Source: an uncultured Clostridium sp.
Lineage (GTDB): Bacteria > Bacillota > Clostridia > TANB77 > CAG-508
Assembly: GCA_930990555.1 (NCBI GenBank)
Contig: CAKNPW010000006.1
Span: 2,833-66,832 of the forward strand
Direction of reading: 5' to 3'
DNA: 64,000 bases
The first letter of the stretch is position 1, and the number at the start of each line of letters is the position of its first letter. Below the pieces are notes generated by a model that was not told the origin of the DNA, ran no database searches, and saw only the letters and a program-made list of their open reading frames with translations. Below, piece by piece: positions 10,162 through 19,330 of the stretch. A program made the position numbers and the translations under genes.

Positions 10162-10213
10162 CTTGCTATGAATATAATTGCCAGAATATATACAAAATTA
10201 AATTATCCTAGAA

Positions 10214-10591
10214 TTATACACTTTGAGTACCTGGAATAAAATAATCTACAACTCCATAAATTAAGGCACCAATTATTGCTGCCATCCAAGATATTGTATA
10301 ACCTGCAACGAAAAATTGTGTAGCATATAATGTAGCGACTGCAAGTGCGAAACCGACAATACCTCTACCAAAGCTACTAGCATGTAAACCAGTAAATTTA
10401 GTAATTATATAGTCCATAATAGAAAGAACTATAGCAGCAATAGCTAATGTCCAAAGATTATTAATAGAGAAACCAGGAGTGAAAAAAGCAGTTATAGCTA
10501 GAACTACAGCAGATGTTACTAATCTCCATAGTATTTGTCCCATGGTACTTGTAGTTGAATTTCCTTTTACATTCATTTGACTATCAGCCAT
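10214..10591 (-). CDS. Small 4-TM membrane protein (YvlD / phage-holin-4-like or DUF2512-like)
   Basis: 125 aa. Two internal half-repeats, each with a (P/A)G(F/Y)-x-I motif followed by TM helices. Family assignment is from memory only. Confidence 0.5.
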   Translation of the reverse strand: MADSQMNVKGNSTTSTMGQILWRLVTSAVVLAITAFFTPGFSINNLWTLAIAAIVLSIMDYIITKFTGLHASSFGRGIVGFALAVATLYATQFFVAGYTISWMAAIIGALIYGVVDYFIPGTQSV

Positions 10592-10717
10592 AATATAAAA
10601 CCTCCTTAAAATGGTTTCATAATAATATTATTTACACAAGTTAAATAATTATTCAGAATGTATAAAAAAAATAAAAAAATGACATAATAAAATTGAAAAA
10701 ATTAAGTAGGTGATATT

Positions 10718-11404
10718 ATGTTATCAAATTTTTTTAGAGCTATAATTATATACATATTTGTTTTGTTAGTTATGAGATTAATGGGAAAACGAGAAATAGG
10801 ACAACTACAGCCTTTCGAACTTGCTATTTCTATTATGATTGCAGATTTAGCCTCTATTCCTATGTCAGATGTTGGAACACCAATAGTAAATGGATTAATT
10901 CCGATTTTAGGCTTACTTGTTATGCATTTACTAATTTCTGTTTTTAACATGAAAAGTTTAAAGTTTAGAGAGATAATATGTGGAAAACCTTCTATTTTAA
11001 TTTACAGAGGACGAATTGACGAAAAAATATTAAAAAAAGAAAGATTCACTATAAATGAATTAGAGGAAAGATTGCGTTCAAATAATATTTTTAATATTGG
11101 AGATGTAGAGTATGCAATTTTAGAAACAAGTGGACAAATAACAGTTATTCCAAAACCAGAAAAAAGAAACGTAGTAGTAAAAGACTTTAACATAGAGCCG
11201 GAATATGAAGGGATTTCTTATGATTTAGTTATAGATGGAGTAATTATGGAAGAAAATTTGAGAAAACTAGGAAAAGATGAAAAATGGTTAGAAAAACAAG
11301 TTGCTAAATTCAAAATAAAACCTAAAGATGCTTTGGTAGTAACAATAGATGGAGAAGGGCAATTTTTCTGCCAAGCAAAAGAAAGGAAAAACAAAAATGT
11401 ATAA
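10718..11404 (+). CDS. DUF421 (YetF-like) membrane protein
   Basis: N-terminus ...IIIYIFVLLVMRLMGKREIGQLQPFELAISIMIADLA is typical of the DUF421/YetF family. Confidence 0.8.
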   Translation: MLSNFFRAIIIYIFVLLVMRLMGKREIGQLQPFELAISIMIADLASIPMSDVGTPIVNGLIPILGLLVMHLLISVFNMKSLKFREIICGKPSILIYRGRIDEKILKKERFTINELEERLRSNNIFNIGDVEYAILETSGQITVIPKPEKRNVVVKDFNIEPEYEGISYDLVIDGVIMEENLRKLGKDEKWLEKQVAKFKIKPKDALVVTIDGEGQFFCQAKERKNKNV

Positions 11405-11786
11405 AGAAATTATTGTGTGCATTTTAGTAGTCATTTTAATATTTAGTATGGATATACTAAGTAATAATTATACGAAAAAAGTTTTCTACAGTATAAATGA
11501 AAATTTAGGAAATTTAAGAAATGAAATGCTGAAAGAAAATAAAGATGTCAACCAAATAAATGATGATATAAAAAAAGTGGAACAAGAATGGAATAAAAAA
11601 TTAAATCTTTTATCTTGTTATATCGAACATAATGAACTAGAAAAAGTAGCAAGACAACTAACACTAATTAAAGGAAATATAGAAGTAGGAGAATATAACC
11701 AAGCTGTACCACAACTTGATGACTGTGTGTATGTTATAAATCATATAAAAGACAAAGAAAGTTTATTAATAAGAAATTTGTTTTAG
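11397..11786 (+). CDS. DUF4363-like small protein
   Basis: Start at MYKEII, overlapping the DUF421 stop. Single N-terminal TM. The DUF421-DUF4363 pairing is common in Clostridia (from memory). Confidence 0.6.
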   Translation: MYKEIIVCILVVILIFSMDILSNNYTKKVFYSINENLGNLRNEMLKENKDVNQINDDIKKVEQEWNKKLNLLSCYIEHNELEKVARQLTLIKGNIEVGEYNQAVPQLDDCVYVINHIKDKESLLIRNLF

Positions 11787-11820
11787 GGATTTGGGGACGT
11801 TCCTTAAAATCCCTATTTTC
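11784..11820 (+). repeat. Palindromic dispersed repeat, copy A
   Basis: TAGGGATTTGGGGACGTTCCTTAAAATCCCTATTTTC. The first TAG is the stop codon of the DUF4363-like gene. Confidence 0.9.
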
Positions 11821-11972
11821 TGTTGATAGATACTTGAGAATGTTCATATTGGCTTTGCGAATTATAGCACACCAAATTTAAATCAGATATTTGTATGTTA
11901 GATTAAAACTTCCGATTGTGATAATAAAGATTTTAGTATATAATATAAAAAAATAAAATAATCGAGGTAAAA

Positions 11973-12374
11973 ATGGATAGAAGAGCGTATTCGGAAGTAA
12001 ATTATATAATAAATGAAATGCCAGAAGATATGAAAAATAAAATTCCGCAAGATATAATAATAAATATTCAAAATAAAATGGATAAGCAATATATTATACA
12101 ATTTAAAGATATTGAATATGATGAATTATTACCTGACACAGAAAGACTCTTAGCTGTTTTATATGCAGATTATATAGCACCAGAAGAGGAAAGAAGACTT
12201 ATTAAAGATACAGAAAAAATAATAAAAGATAAGAAGATTCAAGAGATAAATAAAAATATAATTAATCCATTTGAAAAAAAAGATAAAAGTAAAGAAAAGA
12301 AAAGTATTACAATAATAACAAAGAAAAAATGGTATGAGAAACTTATTATTTGGATAAAGAAATTTTTTAAATAA
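11973..12374 (+). CDS. Hypothetical protein (133 aa), K/E-rich with an amphipathic C-terminus
   Basis: ORF preceded by GAGG. Its stop lies 9 nt upstream of the helicase start. No recognisable motif. Confidence 0.55.
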   Translation: MDRRAYSEVNYIINEMPEDMKNKIPQDIIINIQNKMDKQYIIQFKDIEYDELLPDTERLLAVLYADYIAPEEERRLIKDTEKIIKDKKIQEINKNIINPFEKKDKSKEKKSITIITKKKWYEKLIIWIKKFFK

Positions 12375-12383
12375 GGAGATAAA

Positions 12384-14858
12384 ATGGCTATAGAATTAAA
12401 ATATATACATCAACAAAAAACATATGTACTCTTAAATAATAGATTAAAAAAACATAATAGAGTAGCTTTTGTGTATCCAACAGGTGGCGGAAAGACATTT
12501 CCAGCACTAAAGTACATAGAAACTGCTGAATTAGAAAGTCAAGGAGAAGCTGTTGCATTAATAGTAGTTCCTAGTTTAATAATAGGAAATCAATATAAAG
12601 AATATATTAATCTATATATGATAAATGGAAGCAAATTGTTAAGAAACAAGAAAATAAGAGTAGCTACATACCAATCATTAAGTCAGATAAATAAAATGAA
12701 AGACTTTAAAGTTAATATAGTTATTTGTGACGAAGCACATAGGATTGGAGCTATAACATGGGAGAAAGAGCTAGATATTTTTATGAAAAACCATCCAGAT
12801 ACGGAATACATAGGGATAACTGCAACTCCAAAAAGAAATGATGGAAGAAATATGTTATACGAGAAGTTTGCAGATAGTGTAGTTTATGAAATGTCTATGA
12901 CAGAAGCATTAGATGGTTCTAAAGAAGGAGAAGTAGTTTTAAAAGGTGCCAGATATGCAAGAATGTTATCTGCTTTAAAATGCGAATTAGTAAAATACAA
13001 AAAAGCAATAGATGGAATAGAAGATTTAAATAAAAAGGAAATAGTGTTGCAAACTTATCAAAAATTAGAGAGTATAATTAGTGGAGCACCAGATATGCCA
13101 GATATTATGGCGCAAGAAATGAGAAATAAACGCGGAAAATACATAGTATTTTGTGCAGATAGATATGATATGCAAGAAAAAATAAAAAAAGCACAAGAAA
13201 TATTTGGGAAGGTTAACAAGAACATATCAATTAATTATGTGTTAAGTAAAGCTGGAAGAGGAGACACTTTTGGTAAAACACCTTTATCTAATAGGGAAAC
13301 AATAGAAAATTTTGAGAAAAATAAAGAAAACGATTCATTACAATTATTGTTCTGTGTAGATATGCTAGATGAGGGAAAACATGTACGTGGGTTAGATGGG
13401 ATAGTAATGTTTAAGCCGACTGAATCTTGGATAGTATATAGTCAAGAAATTGGAAGAATTATGAGTATAGATGCTAAAGATGATAGGGTTATAATAGATG
13501 CGGTAAATAACTGGATAAGACAACTAGATACATTTATAGAAATAGAACACGCAATGGGAAAAGGAGAAAGAAGAACTAATAATAGCTATTATTCAGTTTT
13601 TAAATTACAACCAGAAGAATTAGAATTATTGGATTTATTAAGAGAAATTGATGAACAACTTAAAACTCGTACAATACATGATACTTTTTCAGAATATATT
13701 GAATTTTTTGAAACAAACAAAAGAAAGCCACAAAGTCATTTTTCAAAAGGCGGAAGAAGATTAAAAGCCTATGAACTAACAGATGAACAAAGCGAAGAAT
13801 TACACTTATACCAGAGATGGAGTATATCTGAGGAAAGAAAATTACTAAAAAAATGCAAAGGAAAACCAATAGAAGAAGTTCCAAAAGAATATAGGTATAA
13901 GATACAAAAATTAAGAGAACTTGGGTTAGAAGAAAAAACAACATATGAAGAGTATATAGAATATTTAAAGAAAAACGGAAGAGAACCTAGGCAAAGTTTT
14001 TCGAAAAAAGGTAGATCAACTTTAATTGAGAATTTAAGCGAAGAAGAACAATATGAAAAAAGATTAGCTAAAAGATGGAAATATTCCATGGATAATAAAG
14101 TACTTGAAGAATATGCTGAGAAAGATATAGAAGAAGTTCCTGCCCAATATAGAGAGCATGTAGCTGAGTTAAGAAGTTTTGGGCTAGGTTTAAAGAAAAA
14201 AATTAAACATAGCACATATGAAGAATACATAGAGTTCTTAGAAAAGAATGGAAGAACACCTATAGGAAATTTCGGAAAAGAGGGTAAAAGACTACTTGCT
14301 GATGAACTAACAGAAGAACAAAAAGAAGAAACAAATCTTTATGGAAGATGGAAAAATTCCAAAGAAAAAAAGCAGTTAGATAAATATAGAGGAGTAAACT
14401 TAGAAGAAATACCAGAAGAATATAGAGAAAAAATAGCGAAACTAAGAAGTTTTGGCTTGGGGATAGTGAAGAAAACAACTTATGAAGAATTCGTAGAATT
14501 TATAGAAGAACATGGGAGAGCTCCATCAATAGGATTCAAAAAACTAGGAGAATCTAGAAATTTAAGAGTAGATGAATTAACTCCACAGCAATTAGAAGAA
14601 GTTCATTTATCGGGAAGATGGCGTAAAGCACCAGAAAGAAAAGTATTAGATGATTTTGCTGGGTGTGATATAGCAGAAGTCCCAGAAGAATATAGACAAA
14701 GAATACAAAGGTTAAGAGACTTAGGAATTATGGGAAAAACAAAAAGAAAAAAGATACAGGATATAATGAAGAAAGCAGTTGTAGATAATATAGATGATTT
14801 AGAAGAGGTAAGACAAGAATTAAGACCAACTAAAGCTAAAAAGTTAGAAGATTTATAA
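12384..14858 (+). CDS. SF2 DEAH-box helicase (ResIII-like N-domain) with four C-terminal helicase-associated-like repeats
   Basis: Motif I YPTGGGKTF, motif II ICDEAHRIG, motif III ITATP, motif VI-like QEIGRIMS. C-terminal 4 x ~88 aa repeats. Confidence 0.85.
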   Translation: MAIELKYIHQQKTYVLLNNRLKKHNRVAFVYPTGGGKTFPALKYIETAELESQGEAVALIVVPSLIIGNQYKEYINLYMINGSKLLRNKKIRVATYQSLSQINKMKDFKVNIVICDEAHRIGAITWEKELDIFMKNHPDTEYIGITATPKRNDGRNMLYEKFADSVVYEMSMTEALDGSKEGEVVLKGARYARMLSALKCELVKYKKAIDGIEDLNKKEIVLQTYQKLESIISGAPDMPDIMAQEMRNKRGKYIVFCADRYDMQEKIKKAQEIFGKVNKNISINYVLSKAGRGDTFGKTPLSNRETIENFEKNKENDSLQLLFCVDMLDEGKHVRGLDGIVMFKPTESWIVYSQEIGRIMSIDAKDDRVIIDAVNNWIRQLDTFIEIEHAMGKGERRTNNSYYSVFKLQPEELELLDLLREIDEQLKTRTIHDTFSEYIEFFETNKRKPQSHFSKGGRRLKAYELTDEQSEELHLYQRWSISEERKLLKKCKGKPIEEVPKEYRYKIQKLRELGLEEKTTYEEYIEYLKKNGREPRQSFSKKGRSTLIENLSEEEQYEKRLAKRWKYSMDNKVLEEYAEKDIEEVPAQYREHVAELRSFGLGLKKKIKHSTYEEYIEFLEKNGRTPIGNFGKEGKRLLADELTEEQKEETNLYGRWKNSKEKKQLDKYRGVNLEEIPEEYREKIAKLRSFGLGIVKKTTYEEFVEFIEEHGRAPSIGFKKLGESRNLRVDELTPQQLEEVHLSGRWRKAPERKVLDDFAGCDIAEVPEEYRQRIQRLRDLGIMGKTKRKKIQDIMKKAVVDNIDDLEEVRQELRPTKAKKLEDL
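13674..14729 (+). repeat. Four in-frame tandem ~88-aa repeats inside the helicase gene
   Basis: Each unit reads TYEE[YF][IV]E[FY]...NGR.P...F.K.G......L[TS].E....L..RW.......L.....I.E[VI]P.[EQ]YR..I..LR.[LF]G[LI]. Units span aa 431-515, 519-602, 611-692 and 699-782. Confidence 0.85.
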
Positions 14859-14882
14859 TTTTTATAATTGATTGCAATCAAT

Positions 14883-14927
14883 AAAAAGATAGAGATTTTG
14901 AAACAACATAAAATCTCTATCTTTTTT
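14883..14927 (+). terminator. Intrinsic terminator after the helicase gene
   Basis: 17-bp arms AAAAAGATAGAGATTTT / AAAATCTCTATCTTTTT. Confidence 0.8.
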
Positions 14928-14997
14928 ACTGTAAAGCTCTTGACATTTACACTAAAATAGTGTAAAGTATAATAGCATTACAAAAAGAGAAGGTGTA

Positions 14998-15333
14998 ATG
15001 ATGGAAAAAAACATAGAAATAAGTATATTATCTCAAATTTATAAAAATACTTTAACAGAAAAACAATTCAAGATATTAGATGAATATTATAACAATGATT
15101 TTTCTTTATCAGAAATTGCAGAAAATTATAATATTACAAGGCAAGCAGTAAGAGATAATATAAAAAGTGGAGAAGCAAAATTATATGATTTAGAAAATAA
15201 ATTAGGACTTATGAAGAAAATGCAAAAACAAGAAGAACTAGTAAATGGTATTATTTCTAAATTAGATAGTTTAAATATACAAGACAAAAAAACATTAGAA
15301 TCAATAAAAAAAGATTTAAAAAAATTAATTTAA
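14998..15333 (+). CDS. ylxM: YlxM-family putative DNA-binding protein (SRP operon)
   Basis: 111 aa with HTH (LSEIAENYNITRQAVRDNI), immediately upstream of ffh as in other Firmicutes. Confidence 0.85.
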   Translation: MMEKNIEISILSQIYKNTLTEKQFKILDEYYNNDFSLSEIAENYNITRQAVRDNIKSGEAKLYDLENKLGLMKKMQKQEELVNGIISKLDSLNIQDKKTLESIKKDLKKLI

Positions 15334-15348
15334 AGTAAGGAGAAAATA

Positions 15349-16698
15349 ATGGCTTTCGAAGGATTATCTTCTAAATTACAAAGTATAACAAATAAATTTA
15401 AAGGAAAAGTAAGGGTTACAGAGGCTGACTTAAAAGATATGTTAAGAGAAGTTAAACTTGCATTACTAGAGGCAGATGTTAACTATAAAATAGTAAAAGA
15501 ATTTATAGCTGTAATTCAAGAAAAAGCGTTAGGTCAAGATGTTTTAAAATCTTTAACACCTGGTCAACAAGTTATAAAAATAGTTAAAGATGAATTAGTA
15601 GAATTATTAGGAGGAACAGAAAGTAAAATTACATTTTTACCAAATGCTCCAACAGTAATAATGCTAATAGGTTTGCAAGGCTCTGGTAAAACAACGACAG
15701 CAGGTAAACTTGCAAATGTGTTAAGAAAACAAGGTAAAAAACCACTATTAGTTGCATGTGATGTTTACAGGCCAGCAGCTATAAAACAACTTCAAGTTGT
15801 TGGTAAACAATTAAACATTCCAGTATTTAGTGATGAACATTCTAAAAATGTAGTAAATATAGCTAAAAGATCAATAGATGAAGCAATAAAAAAACTAAAT
15901 GATGTAATAATACTAGATACTGCAGGTAGACTTCAAATAGATGAAGACTTAATGCAAGAATTACAAAATATAAAACAAAATGTAAGACCACAAGAAATCT
16001 TATTAGTAGTAGATAGTATGACAGGTCAAGATGCTGTAAATGTGGCAACAACATTTAACGAAAAAGTAGGAATAGATGGAATAATCTTAACTAAGTTAGA
16101 TGGCGATACACGTGGTGGTGCAGCATTATCAGTAAAAAAAGTAACAGGAAAACCAATAAAATATATAGCAACAGGAGAAAAATTAAGTGACATAGAACCA
16201 TTCCATCCAGATAGAATGGCATCAAGAATTTTAGGAATGGGAGATGTACTTTCTATAATAGAAAAAGCTGAAGAGTCATTCGATGAAGAAGAAGCTAGGA
16301 AAATGGAAGAACAATTAAGAAAACAAAGCTTCGATTTAAATGATTATTTAGCACAATTAAGACAAGTAAAGAAAATGGGTTCTTTCTCATCTTTATTAAA
16401 AATGCTTCCAGGAATGAATCAACTTAAAAATATTAAAGTAGATGATAAAGAATTTGATAGAATAGAAGCTATTATTTGTTCAATGACAAATGGAGAAAGA
16501 AGAAATCCAAAATTGTTAAATGCAAGCAGAAGGAAAAGAATTGCAAATGGTAGTGGAACATCAGTACAAGAAATTAACAGGTTCATGACTTCATTCGAAA
16601 CAACACAAAAAATGATGAAGAAAATCAAGTCAGGAAAAGGAATGAGGAACATGATGAAAAACTTAAATATGAATGACTTAAAAGATTTTAAAATGTAG
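15349..16698 (+). CDS. ffh: Signal recognition particle protein Ffh
   Basis: NG domain GLQGSGKTTTAGKLA, DTAGR, TKLDGD. Met-rich M domain at the C-terminus. Confidence 0.95.
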   Translation: MAFEGLSSKLQSITNKFKGKVRVTEADLKDMLREVKLALLEADVNYKIVKEFIAVIQEKALGQDVLKSLTPGQQVIKIVKDELVELLGGTESKITFLPNAPTVIMLIGLQGSGKTTTAGKLANVLRKQGKKPLLVACDVYRPAAIKQLQVVGKQLNIPVFSDEHSKNVVNIAKRSIDEAIKKLNDVIILDTAGRLQIDEDLMQELQNIKQNVRPQEILLVVDSMTGQDAVNVATTFNEKVGIDGIILTKLDGDTRGGAALSVKKVTGKPIKYIATGEKLSDIEPFHPDRMASRILGMGDVLSIIEKAEESFDEEEARKMEEQLRKQSFDLNDYLAQLRQVKKMGSFSSLLKMLPGMNQLKNIKVDDKEFDRIEAIICSMTNGERRNPKLLNASRRKRIANGSGTSVQEINRFMTSFETTQKMMKKIKSGKGMRNMMKNLNMNDLKDFKM

Positions 16699-16751
16699 AT
16701 TATTAATAACAATTAATAATAGATTACTTAGATTTTTAGGAGGTGAAATAA

Positions 16752-16991
16752 ATGGTAAAAATAAGACTACAAAGAGAAGGAAAGAAAAAAGCACCTTTTT
16801 ATCATATAGTAGTAGCAGACTCTAGAAGTCCAAGAGATGGAAAAGTTATAGCTAAAGTAGGTACATATGACCCAATGACAAAACCATCAACAATAGTTTT
16901 AGACAAAGAAGCTGTTGCAACATGGATCAAAAATGGGGCAAAACCTACAGATACAGTTAAAAAATTAATAGACTTAGTAAATAAAGACTAA
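16752..16991 (+). CDS. rpsP: 30S ribosomal protein S16
   Basis: [30 protein letters not shown]. Confidence 0.95.
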   Translation: MVKIRLQREGKKKAPFYHIVVADSRSPRDGKVIAKVGTYDPMTKPSTIVLDKEAVATWIKNGAKPTDTVKKLIDLVNKD

Positions 16992-17016
16992 AGATTAATG
17001 ATAGGAGGATAAACAA

Positions 17017-17247
17017 ATGAAAGAAGTTTTAGAAATAATGATAAAAAATTTAGTAGATAATGCAGATGCAGTATCTATAAAAGAATTAAATGGTGAGAAA
17101 TCAGTTGTATATGAGGTAAAAGTTGCTGAAGATGATATGGGTAAAGTTATAGGAAAACAAGGAAGAGTAGCAAGAGCAGTAAGAGCTATAATGAAATCTG
17201 TAGCATCAAAAGAAGACAAAAAAGTTACAATTGAATTCATTAACTAA
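17017..17247 (+). CDS. KH-domain RNA-binding protein (YlqC-like)
   Basis: 76 aa, with GKVIGKQGRVARAVRAI (GXXG KH motif). Conserved position between rpsP and rimM. Confidence 0.9.
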   Translation: MKEVLEIMIKNLVDNADAVSIKELNGEKSVVYEVKVAEDDMGKVIGKQGRVARAVRAIMKSVASKEDKKVTIEFIN

Positions 17248-17258
17248 AAGGGGTTAAT

Positions 17259-17762
17259 ATGGAATATATAGAGATTGGACAAATTGTTAATACAAACGGA
17301 TTGAAAGGAGTTGTAAAAGTAAATCCTTTTACAGATGATATTAGCAAATTTGAAGATTTAAAGTTTGTATATATACAATTAAAAAATGAACTAAAAAAAG
17401 TTAAAATAGAACAAGTAAGATACAATAAAAATCAAGTCTTACTAAAACTTGAAGGAATAGACTCTATAGAAGAAGCAGAAAAATATAGAAATTTTTATTT
17501 GAAGATAGAAAAAGAAAGTCAAGAAGACTTAGGAGAAGATACATATTATATTGTAGATTTAATAGGTCTTGATGTATATTCAGATAAAAATGAATATTTG
17601 GGCAAAATAGAGGATGTATTTCCAACCGGTAGTAATGATGTATATGTAGTAAAAGACAATCTCGGAAAACAAATATTAATTCCTGCTATAGCAGATGTTG
17701 TGAAAAAAGTTGACTTAGAAAATAAGAAAATGACAATTAACCTTATTCCAGGTTTAACATAG
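17259..17762 (+). CDS. rimM: 16S rRNA processing protein RimM
   Basis: IGQIVNTNGLKGVVKV N-terminus, PRC-barrel C-terminus, and operon position. Confidence 0.9.
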   Translation: MEYIEIGQIVNTNGLKGVVKVNPFTDDISKFEDLKFVYIQLKNELKKVKIEQVRYNKNQVLLKLEGIDSIEEAEKYRNFYLKIEKESQEDLGEDTYYIVDLIGLDVYSDKNEYLGKIEDVFPTGSNDVYVVKDNLGKQILIPAIADVVKKVDLENKKMTINLIPGLT

Positions 17763-17770
17763 GGGGAAAC

Positions 17771-18505
17771 ATGAAATTCAATGTTTTAACACTTTTTCCT
17801 GAAATGTTTTCAGCATTAGATGAAAGTATTATTGGAAGAGGAAAAGAAAAGGGACTAATAGATATTAATTTAATAAATATTAGAGATTTTTCTAAAAATA
17901 AGCATAAAAAAGTAGATGATACTCCTTATGGTGGTGGTGCTGGAATGGTTATGGAACCAACAGTTGTATATGATGCATATTGTTATGTTAAAGAACCAAA
18001 TGCTAAAGTTATATATATGTCACCACAAGGGAAAACTTTAAATCAACAAATGGTACAAGATCTAGCTAAAGAAGAAAATATCATATTACTTTGTGGACAT
18101 TATGAAGGTATTGACCAGAGAGTAATTGATGAAATTGTAGATGAGGAAATTTCTATAGGTGATTATGTATTAACTGGTGGGGAACTACCAGCAATGGTTT
18201 TGATAGATAGTGTTAGTAGATATGTAGAAGGGGTTTTAAAAGAGGACTCTATACAAGAAGAATCTTTTACAAATGGCTTACTAGAATATCCACAGTATAC
18301 TAGACCAGAAATATTTTTAGGTAAAAGAGTTCCAGAAGTATTGCTTTCTGGGCATCACGAAAATATTAAAGAATGGCGAAGAAATCAGTCAATAATAAAT
18401 ACATATTTAAAAAGGCCAGAATTATTAAAAGAAATTGAATTATCTGATAAAGAACAAAAAATGTTAAGTGAATATAAAAATTTAAAAGAAGGAGGAAGTA
18501 AATAA
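17771..18505 (+). CDS. trmD: tRNA (guanine37-N1)-methyltransferase
   Basis: [52 protein letters not shown]. Confidence 0.95.
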   Translation: MKFNVLTLFPEMFSALDESIIGRGKEKGLIDINLINIRDFSKNKHKKVDDTPYGGGAGMVMEPTVVYDAYCYVKEPNAKVIYMSPQGKTLNQQMVQDLAKEENIILLCGHYEGIDQRVIDEIVDEEISIGDYVLTGGELPAMVLIDSVSRYVEGVLKEDSIQEESFTNGLLEYPQYTRPEIFLGKRVPEVLLSGHHENIKEWRRNQSIINTYLKRPELLKEIELSDKEQKMLSEYKNLKEGGSK

Positions 18506-19104
18506 TGGATATCATTAAATCAATAGAGCATGAGCATCTAAAAGAGAAGATACCAGTTCTTAAGGTTGGAAATACTGTAAGAGTTCACCAAAGAATAAAA
18601 GAAGGAAATAGAGAAAGAATCCAAGTATTTGAAGGAATTATTATTAAAAAACAAGGTGGAGGACTAAATGCTACATTCACAGTTAGAAGAATAGCTTCTG
18701 GTGTTGGTGTAGAAAAAACATTCTTAATTCATTCACCATTAGTAGAAAAAGTAGAATTAGTAAGAGTAGGTAAAGCAAGAAGAGCTAAATTATACTACTT
18801 AAGAGACAGAGTTGGTAAAGCTGCTAAGACTAAAGAACAAATTGGTGCAAGAATTGAAGATAAAGAAATTATAGTAAAAGCAACTATAGAAGAAGAACCT
18901 GTAGCAGAAGAAAAAGTTGAAGCTCCAGTAGAAGAAGCAAAAAAAGTTGAAACAGAAGCTACACCTGTAGAAGAAGTTAAAACTGAAGAAACAGTAGAAG
19001 ATAAAGCTACTGAAGAAGTAAAAGAAGAAGCTCCAAAAGCTGAAGAACCAGCTAAAGAAGAAATAAAAGAAGATGCTTCAGAAGAAACAAAAAAAGATGA
19101 ATAA
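18505..19104 (+). CDS. rplS: 50S ribosomal protein L19 with an ~85-aa acidic E/K/A/V/T-rich C-terminal extension
   Basis: L19 core ([33 protein letters not shown]...[12 protein letters not shown]), followed by a low-complexity tail to aa 199. Confidence 0.93.
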   Translation: MDIIKSIEHEHLKEKIPVLKVGNTVRVHQRIKEGNRERIQVFEGIIIKKQGGGLNATFTVRRIASGVGVEKTFLIHSPLVEKVELVRVGKARRAKLYYLRDRVGKAAKTKEQIGARIEDKEIIVKATIEEEPVAEEKVEAPVEEAKKVETEATPVEEVKTEETVEDKATEEVKEEAPKAEEPAKEEIKEDASEETKKDE

Positions 19105-19123
19105 TATTATAAATTAAATGTAA

Positions 19124-19168
19124 AAAGAGGAGTATATAGGAATGATGTAAAACTGTATGCTCCTCTTT
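19124..19168 (+). terminator. Hairpin terminator after rplS
   Basis: Arms AAAGAGGAGTATA / TATGCTCCTCTTT (one mismatch) with a short T tract. Confidence 0.6.
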
Positions 19169-19272
19169 ACTTACTATATAGTAGTTAATTTTTAATATAT
19201 TTAGTAAATTTAAAAAATATATTTATTAAAAAAATAAGCTGTTATATCTTGACAGATTATTTTTTTTGATTT

Positions 19273-19314
19273 ATCATATGAACAAGTAATCATATGAATA
19301 TTTGTTCATATGAT
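19273..19314. promoter_or_regulatory. ArsR/SmtB-type operator palindrome overlapping the cad promoter
   Basis: ATCATATGAACAA-N16-TTGTTCATATGAT (13-bp perfect arms), with TTGACA about 20 nt upstream. It ends 17 nt before the regulator's start codon (6 nt before its RBS). Confidence 0.7.
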
Positions 19315-19330
19315 ATAAAAGGAGGTAAAA

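Noticed and set aside
10214-10591. The holin-like 4-TM gene, considered as a marker of a prophage or lysis cassette.
   Set aside because: There is no endolysin, integrase, or structural or regulatory phage gene nearby. It is flanked by housekeeping and spore genes and bounded by its own terminator.
11855-11867. TTTGCGAATT(A/G)TA occurs near repeat copy A and immediately after copy C, considered as an extended repeat or att-like site.
   Set aside because: It is only about 12 nt long, lies at different distances from the repeat core, and is absent from copies B and D. It cannot be distinguished from chance in AT-rich DNA without genome-wide data.
13660-14881. Minus-strand ORFs of 94, 153, 72 and 92 aa, antisense to the helicase repeat region.
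   Set aside because: They have low-complexity F/L/S-rich translations, which are the complement of K/E-rich coding sequence. They have no RBS and lie fully inside a well-supported gene.
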